From: Lama guanicoe | Taxonomy: Eukaryota | Assembly (NCBI GenBank): GCA_013239625.1 | Contig: MU053881.1 | Location: 5,789,957-5,853,956, forward strand | DNA: 64,000 bases | Reading direction: 5' to 3' | In this document: one piece after another, positions 37,515 to 49,100 of the stretch | How positions within the stretch are numbered: the first letter of the stretch is position 1 | How the letters are laid out: the number at the start of each line of letters is the position of its first letter | The notes under the pieces: model-generated | The model's input: the letters and a program-made list of their open reading frames with translations, nothing else | Database searches by the model: none | What the model was told of the DNA's origin: nothing | Position numbers and translations under genes: made by a program

Positions 37515-40047
37515 CACAGCCCCTGAATAATGTTTACTGTCCAGAAATTTACTTGAGGGCAGTGCATTACTAACATCAGTGCCACTGGGGACCTCTGTGA
37601 GATCAGGATGTTTAGATGATGACATATCTTGAGTGCTCCCGTAGCCGCAACTCTTCAAGGAGCCAAGCCAGCATTTAGGGCTCACTTCGAGTTGGGACCA
37701 GGATGGGTTCCAGGCAAAGTGGGGAGGATGTCTTCTGGAAAAAGAAGGTTTCTCAATGTTCTGAGAGAGCCAAGGAATCTGGGCTCTCTTCCTCTCACAG
37801 CAACCCTAACCCTAACCCTAAAAAGATTAAATTCATTTTAGTTTCCCTTAGTCCTCTCTCCTTCCCTTCCCACCCACCTTCACCCCAGCTCTGTTACTTA
37901 AATGTACATACATACATAAACACACACATGCACAGACACACATACCTAGTGAGGGTGCACTGCTGACAGCCATCCCACAGACAAAAGGGGAACCAGCCTT
38001 GGGATGAAGTTGACGCTGTGGACAGTGGATGGAAAGAGAGGAAGATGCCATGTCCTTGATGACATGTTGAGTCACTGGATCAACTGAACTTGAAGTCTCC
38101 ACATACACTCCATAAGACTGCTCTTACACGAGAAGATAAAATGACTATCTCAAGCCAGCTTGAATCGAGTTTTCCTTTATTTGCTCTCTGTACCATTTAA
38201 AACACACTCAGCTCTTTTTAACTCCTATGTTTAGCTTCTCTCTGGAAAGGACTCAAGATGCAAATCCATGAGCTTTGATTCTTTGCTCTTTACAAACACC
38301 TTCTCTCTCCTGCAGTCACTGTGCGCGCCACTCCCCCACCCCACCCATCGACCCCTGGTTGCCACACTTGCATCCTCAGTCCCAGCCCAGTCTTCTAGCT
38401 GGGGCTCTCCAAATGAGGAGAACCTAGGGCAGAAACTGGGAGCCAGAGTATGGCACCAATGGCTGGAAAGTCTAGGGAAAGTTTTGTTCTGAACAAAACG
38501 TTTTAGAATCAGACTTTGGGTTTCAAATTCCAACTCCACTCCTGTGAGACCAGGTGAAAAGCCATTTTACTTCTCTGTGCCTCAGTTTTGAGTTGAGTTA
38601 GATGATAGTGGTCTCCCAAAGTTTTGTGAGGACTATATAGGATGATGTATATAAGATGCTTAGAACAGGGCTTGGGGTACAGTCAACGCTTAATCCCTGT
38701 TACGCATTGTTGGCTATTCTGATGGGTAAGCTGGTGTGATCTGGGGGAGTAGCAAGCAGGGGAGGTGTCTAATACCTGCCCTTGGTGAGCTGGGCTAGGT
38801 ATCTGGGCTCAGTCTGCTTCAAAGGCCAGAGAAGGAACGGACAGTTGGGCTCCTCGTTGGCCAAATCCTCCCCTGGTTTCCCCTTACTTTGCGCATGGAA
38901 TCCAGACAGCTTAGTGGTGGTGCTGGGGTGGGGCCGGAGGCGGGTAAGTTATTTCTTGGCATTTCTAAGAATACGCCCCTTCTTCTGCGTGAGGAATTAT
39001 TCTGGATTTGAGTGCTCTGAAGGCCTCAGAATATGGCTCACCACAGCTTTAAACTTTTTCTTTTCATCTTCGTTGGCCCCTGTTGCATCTTTATTGGGTT
39101 TATAAATTCTTTTTTCCTCTTTCTTTTAAAAATCACTGTTTATTTGCAGAGCCACTAGTTTTAAACCTTGTGCAATATCTTAAATGTCATTTTTGCCCCC
39201 GTCTGCTCCTAATGCATGAGCTAGTGCCTCTTACATAATGAACTTTGAAAATAATGGTTCCCAGCAAACATTTAGCATGGGCGGTCGTTACATAACGTGC
39301 AAAGTGTATACCTCCCACCATCAAGCGGCTCTAGGCTTTGAAGGTGGAGGAGACAGGGGCCTCGCAGAGACCTTGCCAACAGAGCTGGTTAAGTCAAATG
39401 GTTTAGGCTGGGTCTGCCAAGGGCCTCAGGGTGACCTGATGCAACCAAATTTGCTGGTCAGGGTAGTGAGTTAACCAGCCAGATACAGTCCTCAGCTGGG
39501 TCATCTCTCTCAGATGACCAGCTTTGTTTATTTTTCTCTTTCCACTGTATTGGCCAATGGAATTGGATTAATTGGCCTGTTGTTTTGGCATCGGATACAG
39601 ACACAGTTACAGTCACATCGTTGGCCAATTCAGTGGGGAAAACATCTGTCAAGGCTGTTGTTCCGTTGGCTGATCTGGAAGCCCTGTTGAGACACGCCCG
39701 AGGTGAAGATCACACAAGAAATATAAGCCCAAGGAACATGGTGGTTAGACGCCCTGTTTCCCTTTCTTCACGGCTGTGTCATGCTTGTGGTCTGACACCC
39801 ACTCTCCCCGCGTGACGCCTCGATTTTCCTAATCCATTCCCGGTGACCGACCGGTTGGTTGCATGGTTGAGAGCAGAGGCTGTGCTGAGAGGTGGGAAGT
39901 GCTCTAGAGTCAGAGGGATGTTGCATTGTATCTTGGCTCTTTCACTAATTATTTGTGTGACTTTTGCCAGTCACTTTCCCTCTCTGAGCCTCAGTTGCCT
40001 CATCTGTAAAATGGGAGCAATGCCTGCCTCACGCCATTGTCGCCAGG

Positions 40048-40152
40048 GGTGGGGACCAACCAACCAGGATTTTTGTCCAGGACCGAGGGAGTTCCTGAGA
40101 TGAGGGCTTTCAATTTAAAACCTGGCACATTCCTGGCGTGAGCTGGTTACCT
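40048..40152. mobile_element. MER94-like hAT-Blackjack MITE nested in a MIR (MIR ~39930-40235)
   Basis: gggaccaaccaaccagg...ccaggaccgagggagttcctgagatgagggctttcaatttaaaacctgg...gagctggttacct; MIR halves on both sides. Confidence 0.6.
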
Positions 40153-41204
40153 GGGCTGTGAGGACTAAATGAGACAGGGCCTGCAGAGTATTACAGACAC
40201 GTGGAAAATATTTCATGAAGGTTGAATATATTATTTACTGTCTAGCTTTTGACCAAGTACCTGTTGACTGGGGCTAGTGAAAAAGAGATGCTCCTTCCTC
40301 CAAGACAGCACAAGTTCCCAGAGCACAGGACAGGCCATTCCCCTCTCCCCTAGGAGCACTTACCCCCTCAATTCTTCATCCACGTGAGATGAAGCTGACA
40401 GGCATATCGAGTTTCAGGAACGTCCGTCTAAGAAGGGCCTGGTTTTCCATCACAGTCCAGAACCCACTGGCCGTGAAGCCAGGAAGCCTGCATCCTGCGT
40501 CTTGCTCTGTCACCTACCAGTTGTGTGTATGGGACAGGAGCACTTTACTTCTGTGCATCTCAGCTTCCTCAAAGGGGGAGAATGATACAGCTGCCCCCTT
40601 GGGGCTCTTGTGAGGCTCGTATGAAATCCGGCTTGTAGAAGGGTTTTCTGAACTGCAAACCGTCTTTCAGACATGAAGGGCCTCACTCAGCAGCAATCAC
40701 TTAGCCTCGGGAAAGAAATGGCAACAGAGACTTGGACTTTACACAGCAGGCTCCAAGTTCAGCAGTTTGCCACCCTCCCACTGACATCCCCAGGGCACCC
40801 CAGGGCACCCTGCTACGTGATGTATGAGCCAATTCTGCCCTCAAGGTGCTTGAGTTCTATAAAGAGGTGAGTTCAGTGTCATGTGTTGAGATAAGACAGG
40901 AGCCGGGTCTGGGCTTTGTGGGAGCTCCAAGGAGAGAGGACTGTGGTCTGGGTGCAACAGAAACCCTGAAGAGAGAGGCAGATAGCCTCGCCTGAGAGGT
41001 CGGAGAAGGACTGGATGGCTGAGCCGAGGAGTAAAGGAAGCGGGTTCCAGGTGGAGGGAAGAGCTTGAGTCGTGAAGGTGAGGAGCTACCTGCACGCAGG
41101 GGACTCTGCGTATTTCCGTGTTGTGGGATGTAACTTCTGAAATAAGAGCATGATTGTAAGTAAGAGAGATGGGACCAGACCAGGAGGGGCCTCCTGTGCC
41201 GTGT

Positions 41205-41670
41205 TAGTCTGGACTCTTCATTGTAAGAAACAATGGAATTAAGATAAGCAAGAAAGAGGGTTTGTTGAAGGATTCTGGGGTAGCTCAGGGAACTGAGAGC
41301 AGAGGTAAAGAAAAGCCAGACTTGACAGTACCTGATCTCTGTCCATCTTTCTCTTGTTCTCTCCCACCCTCAGTCCTTCCTACCTCAGGCGGCCGAAATG
41401 TCAAAGGAACACGGTCAGCAGCCCAGAGTCACATCTTTCCAAGTCCTTTGCCTAAATTCAAGACTCTCACTTCCTAGGGCCAGTAGAAGAATCCCAGGAG
41501 AGGGCTCTGATTGGCTGTTCTTGAGTCATGTGCCAATCTCTGGACCAATCACGGCAGCCAGGGGGATAGGACATTTGGATTGGCTCTGTGTGGTCACGTG
41601 CCCACTCTTAGTGTTCACTCTGCTCCCAGGTGGAAGCAGGACGAAGAAGTACTGGGCAGGCAATGGGAAT
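41205..41670 (-). mobile_element. MLT1J/K-type LTR, degenerate
   Basis: ctctgattggctgttcttgagtcatgtgccaatctctggaccaatcacggcagccagggg...gattggc...ggtcacgtgcccac. Confidence 0.6.
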
Positions 41671-41675
41671 AAATG

Positions 41676-42307
41676 CAATTCATCTTCATTATTTGCAGAT
41701 TTCACATTTGCAAATCCACTTACTCATTAAAATTTACTTGCAACCTCAAAATCAATACTCACAGTGCCTTTGTGGTCATCCACGGACACGTGGAGAGCAA
41801 TGAAAAATGTCGGTCATCCAGTGGCCACATTCCCGGAGTGGCCTAACAAGGCGGCCTTCTGCCTTCTGGTTTCAGCTCTCATGCTGTAAACAAGTGTCCT
41901 TTTCGTGGTCCATGTGGTGCCACATTTGTCCCATTTCTGTGCTTTTTGAAGGTGATCTCGCTGTTTCAGATGGCCCCCAGGCATAGGGCTGAAGAGCTGT
42001 TTACTTTTTCTAAGCTCAAGAAGGATATTCACATTCTGTGCCTTAGGCAGGAAATACTTGCCTTAGAAATGCTTCGCTGAGGGGTGCGTTACAGTCCTGT
42101 TGGCTGTGAGGTCAGTGTTGATGAATCAGCAATATGTATTAAATACACATTAAAACTAAACAGAAAAACACATACGACAAGGCTATTTATTGACTGAGGA
42201 ACAACCATCACCACAGAAGGCTCACAGGACCCCGAAGAGTAATGGTTCAGTGTTGGTTGATTCAGTGTCAGTGGTGGCTACGGAACATGGCTTCTGTGAA
42301 TGGACTG
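41676..42307 (-). mobile_element. MER82-like TcMar-Tigger element
   Basis: cattatttgcagatttcacatttgcaaat...aaaatcaatactc...tttcagctctcatgctgtaaacaagtgtccttttcgtggtc...atggcccccaggcatag. Confidence 0.8.
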
Positions 42308-43569
42308 GACCGCACAAAAGGAGTTTAGGCTTTATTCTGGAAGCCACGGGGAACCCTGGGAGGGTTTTAAACAGGAGGGAGACAGATACGATTGTGTTTG
42401 AGGAAAGTCCCTCTAGTTACTGGGTGGAGACTGGATTGGAGGAACCAAGACTGAAGGCAGGACGAACAGTTATAGATTCCAGGTGAGAGACGATGTACTG
42501 AAATGTTACGAGAAATGGTGCTGAGGATGCAAAGAAAGGGATGAATTTGAGAGTGGCTTTTAGTGGGTCAAGTTGGCAAGAAGGAGAACTCACTGATGAT
42601 GGGGGCAGGGAAGGAGAACCCCAAACATCTCACTGCTTTAAAAATGTCTACATGTATATCTGACTTTTTTTTTTTTAAATGAAAGCAATATCTTGTTGGT
42701 CTGAGCCATGTGTTTCCTTCCATGAGACGTGGTGGGACGCTTAGCCTTGTTGGGGGAACTGAGCAGCTGTGAGGCTGGTGTTTGGGGATAGGAACACGTT
42801 CCCCCAGTGCCCTCTCTGTAAACTGCAGGCAGGACCAGCTGTGTTTTCTCTGCCTCCTTACATCATCACCAGCCATAAAAACCCTACCAGGGGGAATTGT
42901 GCTGGTGATCTGGGCTGTGATGTATGAGACAAAGGAGTCTAGGGGGCTGATTTCAGAGTTTGCACAGTGTTCAGGTTCCTGCCGGTTGGGAGAGGAGGCA
43001 GGTTGGACCTGACATGCATCGTGTTTGACGATCATCTCTGGTTGCTCTCCAGGTCAATAATTTCCTGTTTTTAAGCAACTCTGGCTGTTTAGTTCAACCG
43101 TGGTCTTCTCATACAGCTGGTGTGCCCTGGAGAGGTGCCGCGGCTGGAATGGAGGGCCTCCCTGCCCCTCCCCACTCTCCTCCGCAAACCTTGAGGTCCT
43201 GGCTCCCAGATTGCAGATGATCTGCTTTCCTGGCCTTTGGAGTCCTGCCCAGCACCTTCCTCCGGCTTTGCCATCTCCTCCTGGTCCTCTGGGTGACCCG
43301 TTGGAATACTTCACCTGAGGCACACTGGAGCCCTGTGTCTACATATCTTGGGTCTCTCCCTACAGAGTAAAGAGCTCTCTGATGGGTGAGGAAGGACCCA
43401 GTCCTGTTCCATTCACACGCGGGATGCTTGTGTGGTCCTGCCTTGCCAGTGGGCAACATCCTTATCCTTATGTTAAGGGGAAGTGCTCACCCATTGAATC
43501 AGATCCTACCAGGTACTCATTTAGAACCTACAGGTGTAAAAAGAAACTTTACGATGTGTCCTGTATTAA

Positions 43570-43810
43570 TAATAACTAACGTTTTAGAGTGTTCACCACG
43601 TGGCAGGCCCCGTGCCAAGTGCTTTCACTTGATTTGTCTATTCTAATCCCCACGACCACCTTATTACTATGTTCTATTCTCACCCCCATTTTATGGCTGA
43701 GAAAATGAGGCACAGAGAGGTCAAGGAAGGTGTCCTACCCAAGTCCTGTTGCTTGTGAGAGGCTGAGTCAGGCTGTCAGTCCAGGCTGGTCGATCTTAGA
43801 GCTTTATCCT
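43570..43810 (-). mobile_element. MIR SINE
   Basis: ccccattttatggctgagaaaatgaggcacagagagg. Confidence 0.75.
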
Positions 43811-46764
43811 CGCTGCACCGCTAGATAAAGGATCGCCGCCGATGAACAGTTTCCGTGACCCACGTGCTTTCCGAGGGTGTCGCTGGCCAGTGTTTGACCT
43901 AGTCAAGGGGCAGGAAAATCCAGCAACTCAGAGCCCAGCAATGCCCCGGGCCCGTCCCACACTAGGAGTTACGGTTTCTTCTGCTTCTAGGATTTAGGAA
44001 CTCAGCTGGAGTGCTGAAGCACTGCCCTCCCCCGCCACGCCCACTTTTTGTATTATTTTATTAAGAACATTTTCTTTACTCAAGTAACTCCGTTCTCATT
44101 TCAAGCATATTCTGGAGGGAATGTGAAAGTCCCCGTCCTCTCTCTCACCCCCTCGTTCCCTCCCCAGTGGTGGTCACTATGAATTTTTCATCCTTTCTCC
44201 AGGTCAACTTTCTCTGCATTTTCTGGCACATGTGTATATATCATGCAAATACCTTTGCTCCACCCCCTCCCCAGCCCTCTTTTAAATAAATGGGGTCATC
44301 TTATCTCTGTTGTTTTATAACTTGATTTTTGTTTTCACTTACTATATCTTAGAGGTCTTTGCACAAGAATCCCTGTCATTCTCCCTGATTCATTGGATTC
44401 ATTGGTTATGTAGTATTGCACATTATAGACTTACCATAATTTTATTTAACCCGCTTGACCAGGCACTTTCTAAGCAACACAGATCGTTCAAAAAAGTCGA
44501 TTATCCATGGCTACTGAGTAGTAAGAAAATAAATAATAAAGTCTACAGCAGGAGAGGATTGTCAAGGGCAGAATGTTAATTAGGATTTAAGGAACGTTAA
44601 GAGGGTTGAAGTGTCCTGTCCCCTCCATCCACCCCCTGGCTTTGACCTGAGCATCACCTGCCCCCGTCTGTCTGCTCCATTCAGCTCCCAGCCTGGCTGT
44701 GGGCTCTGCTCTCTTCTCTAATTTCAGTGTTTCCCACAGAGCGAGCACACACTCCTACTCCATCTGGCCCTTTCAAGCATCCTGGACCACGTAACCCCAA
44801 CATTTCTCCCCTCTGCGTTCAACAGTGGTTCGGACGCAGGTTGCCTGTGTATGAGGACGATTTTGACACCATAAAGGGCTGCAGGGACAAGAGTTGGTTA
44901 AACCTTGTCTCCTAAAAGGTGCCAGAAAATCAGTCTGTAGCAACTCAAATTCCACACCAGCATCTCACCCAGTCTTACTTAGTAAAACCCAAACACCCGT
45001 TTTTGTTGAGACTTTGACGAGCCCTGGAAACCACTGAGGGCCCGGCTTGCCTCAGCACACGTCTGAAATATGTCAGGCAGGTGTTTCCAAAGAACTTATG
45101 CTACAGGAAAATATATCCTGATGTAATCTGACTAATTTGGCTTTTGCCTTACTTTCAGGAGAACTGGCTATTTGTAATGGAAACAGTGTCGGGCCACTTC
45201 AGACGGGGCTTTGTAATGTGAGCTGGTAAAACCCTGCAGGTGCTACAGGGGGCCCCTGTTTTCATTTTACATCTCAAGTTTGTTTACTTTAATGTGTTTC
45301 TCTGGGAGGAGGGAAAAAAAAGGTGGGGGGGGGGGACCTGAGAGGGGTTTAACAAGTCGTTTTTCATTTCAAAAAAAGAAATGGTTTTGTATCAAGAAAA
45401 TTAGCGTCAAGCTGGCCACGGGAGTCCTGCAGGCGACAGGAAGTGCACATGGCCTCGGAGGGTATATTTCCTGAGACTAATTCCCCAAAGACGCGTGTTC
45501 AGGAGCCGACATAGCTGGGGCCCTTGGCAGAGGCATCAATTAGAAAGTGGGAAGCAGTGTTTTCCTTGCTAATTCTTGGCTACTGAATAGGGGTTACTGA
45601 AAGCTCCCTCTTCTCCCCTCGGAGCTAGGCAGTTTTGAAAAATTGTAAAATTATGAATTCAACCTTGTTTTCCATCGAGGGAGGGGGAAGTGGTTTCCAG
45701 CGTGCAAAGCCTGTGCGATGGTAGGGAGGGCTGTGTTTCCAGAGCACCCAGTGCCCACCATTAGTACTCACCCTGCCCAGGTGAGGGTGCCCTTGAACAA
45801 GAGGGCGGCGGGGGTGGCGGTGTCACCGAGGCAGCCACTGCTGCCCCAACCCCAGAGCAGGGATTCCAGTTAGAAAGAAGGGGAGGGAAATGGGAACAGC
45901 TCTGTCTGGCCCCCAAGGTAATTTCGTGCAGGTTGAGGGCAGCAGATAGCTGTCTTCAGCATAGAAAATGTGATGTATTTGTCAGCTAGGGCCCTTTTGC
46001 ACCCTGGAGGTGGGGTTCAGCGAAACCCAATCCCTGATTCCCTGCCCTTGATGTGACCGCTGAGTGCATGTTCCGCTATATGCCAGTCCCTGGGGAGAAT
46101 GTCTTCGCGCTTCCCTCTCCCTCCTGGCCCCTGGGTTTGCATAAGCTGCCTTGTGACTGTCCCCTGTGTGTCTCTGCTGGAGATTCAGCCTTTTCACCAG
46201 TTTTCACAAGGGAATCTGGCCCCACACACGCACGCACTGAACCACACAGCCCTCGGCTATCTTGTGGGTCTGTCACAGCTTCTCTTTCCTCTGCCCTCTG
46301 GAGAAATAAGCAATGTGATCTCCTTTCCTCCTGCAGGAGAACCCCTTCCCATGGAGGCTTACATCCCCCAACAAATACTTTTCTGTTCCTAAGGAGAATT
46401 CTGGTGAATACAATGTTCAGCTTATACATAAATGTGCCCACTTAAAGCAGCATGATATAGACCCACAGAATCCCATATGTGTTTGCAGCCAGTTCAAACT
46501 GGAGAAAGGCTTGGAGACCCGCTAATCTAACTTTTCATTTTCCAGTTGAGGAAACATACCCAGAGAGGGAAGGGACATGGCCAAGGTCACCGAGAACTAG
46601 TGGTAGAGCCGGGCTAAGAACCAGGACCTCCTGACTCCTGCCCCAGACTCTTTCCTCCAGGCTATCTGCCTCTAGGAGCCCCCACCCTCAATTTCTTTAA
46701 AGGCTGCTTTTGGGAAGGGATTTGAGCACCATGCAGGCACACTCCGTGCTAAGTTCTTTTGGTA

Positions 46765-46900
46765 CATTCAGCCCTCCAGTATCCACAGGTCCTGCAGCCG
46801 CGGATACGGCGGGTTTTACACTATGTCATTTCATACTCCAAGAGACTTGAGCATCCCTGGATTTTGGTATGTGCAGGGGCATCCTGGGACCAATCCCTCG
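46765..46900 (-). mobile_element. MER2-like Tigger MITE (short, internally deleted)
   Basis: cagccctccagtatccacagg...gcggatac and gacttgagcatccctggattttggtat...tcctgggaccaatccc. Confidence 0.7.
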
Positions 46901-46929
46901 AAAATGCCAGTAGCTCTACATCCTGTCAA

Positions 46930-47935
46930 TGCTTGGTGTCAGTTTAAGTGTAGACATTCTGAGTGCAGGTGATGGTATGTGGTGTGGTTTTAACTAGGCT
47001 GTCATGAATATCAAATTGGCCACTTGGGTATGCCATTTTGTGAACTGCCTCTTCAGGGTTTTCCCAGTTTAGGGGGGTGGTGTCTGTCTTTTTCTTATTG
47101 GTTTGTAGCGGTTCTTTATATATTCAGGATACAGGTTCTTTGTAGGAGGCGTACATTGCAAATATCTTCTCCCATTCTATTTGCTCTTTTACTCTTCTAA
47201 TGATGTCTTTTGATGAACAGTGGTTCATAATTTTAAAACAGTCTAATTTACTCACCTTTTCCTTTATGCTTAGTGTTCTTTATGCTTTATTTAAGAAATC
47301 GTTGTCCATAATCGTAAATATATACTCACGGTTTATTCTAGAAGCCTTATTGTTTTACTTTTCACGTTTAGGTCTATGATTCACCTGAAGTAGAATTTTG
47401 GGTATGGTATGAAGTAAAAGTCAATGTCCATCTCTTCCGTAAGATTGAGCAATTTATCTGGCCCCATTTATTGACAAGACAGTTTGCTCCCACTACACAG
47501 TAATGCCCAAAAAATGTGGAGGACCTGGGAAAAATACTGATGACATGTGGTTGGATTAAAGAAGGAGGCTATAAAATTATACTTGAATTACACCTTAACT
47601 GTTGAAGAATATGCATTGAGAAGGGGTGGAGGGAAACCCACAAAACATTGCTTTGGCGGACTCTGGGTAATGAGGTTATGCCTTCCTGCAATTTCTTTTT
47701 TTTAAATTGTGGTAAATACACAGAACATAAAATTTACCATTTTCACCATTTTAAAGTGTGTGATTCAGTGGCGTTAAGTATATTTACAAAGTTGTGCAAC
47801 TGTCACCACTATCTAATTCCAGAACTTTTTCATCCCTCCAAATGCAAATGCCCTGCCCATTAAGCATTCACTCCCGGTTCCCTCCTCCCACCAGCCCCTG
47901 GCAACCACTCATCTGCTTTCTGCCTCTGTATGCCT
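46930..47935 (-). mobile_element. old L1 fragments (ORF2 piece ~46930-47510; 3' end ~47695-47935)
   Basis: ttgcaaatatcttctccca...tttgatgaacag...; ttaaattgtggtaaatacacagaacataaaatttaccatt...cccagcccctggcaaccact. Confidence 0.75.
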
Positions 47936-48689
47936 GTGATTGTTTTAAAGATCCACACTTGTTTTACTTTTTTCCTGTATCTTTGCTGTGTGTTTATCAT
48001 ATGAGAAATAAAGCCGAAACCACGAATGACAGAGGATGTCTTAGTAAGTTACAGTGAACTGGGTGCTAAGCTCTGTGTTGGAGGGAGTGAGGCAGCAGAC
48101 TTCACTCTGTGACAATAGCTAAATGTCTTCAGCTCTGCCTGTGCTGGCTGCTCCTCCTGCACGCTTCCTCATGCAGACATCGCGCCACTAGCCTGGCAGC
48201 CAGGTTCTAGTATTATGTCCCATCTATCCATGAACCTGATCTCCTCCCCAGACCCCGTTTTCTCGACTCCCCCAGCATTCTGGGAGCTCCGTGTGGGCAG
48301 AGGCCATACTGGTTCTGGTTCTGGTTCTTTCCAGGGTGGCCCCGGCTCATCCTCGGGGTCATTAAGATTTGCGGAGTGAATGAATGCATGTGTGCAAGAG
48401 ACGACTTTGCTGAGACTTGAAAATGAAAGGAATCAGATGAGTCTCTTGAATGTAGCCTTGGAGTCCGAGGCAGGCTGGAGGGACGTGCAGCTCAGGGGCC
48501 AGTCTCGCGAGCGCTGGGAGAAAACATCTCAGCGGTAGATTCATGAGGTCCCTCATGGCCTTAATGGCCAGGGCGGGAGGAGAGAAGTAATCGTGAGTGA
48601 CGTTTATATAACGTGTTACAGTTTACATAGCTCTTGTGTGCGCATTACCTCATTTAATCCGGAAGGAGCACAGGGTGGGGTTTCAGCAC

Positions 48690-49100
48690 GTGACCCCGGA
48701 GTTGGCCTGTCTGAGTTGGCATCCTGGCTCCATCCCGTACTAACTGTGTGACCCTGGAAAAGTTGTGCACCGCGTGTCCCAGTTACTTTACGTGTGCAGT
48801 GAAGAAGCCAATAGTACCTGACACGTGGATTTGTTGTGATGCTTAAACAGGGAAGGTGTTGCCCATAAAGCACTTAGAATTGTGCCTGGAGCATAGTAAA
48901 CACTAAATAAAAGTTGGCGGTTATTACTTAATCCTTTCAATAGGCCCTGGAGATGTGTAGACATACCCCATTTTATGGGCAGCAGACTGGGGCTCAGAAG
49001 GATGGAGTGACCTGTCTGAGGGCACAGTGCAGGGGTTGGGGTGGGGAGGCAGGGCTTGGACCACATCTGTTTGACCCCAAAGTCCTGAGCTTTCAGCTCC
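48690..49100. mobile_element. two adjacent, oppositely oriented MIRs
   Basis: tactaactgtgtgaccctgg...aaagcacttagaattgtgcctgg (+) then ccccattttatgggcagcagactggggctcaga (-). Confidence 0.65.

Noticed and set aside
37802..37821. (AACCCT)3 telomere-like repeat
   Set aside because: Only three units; too short to call an interstitial telomeric site
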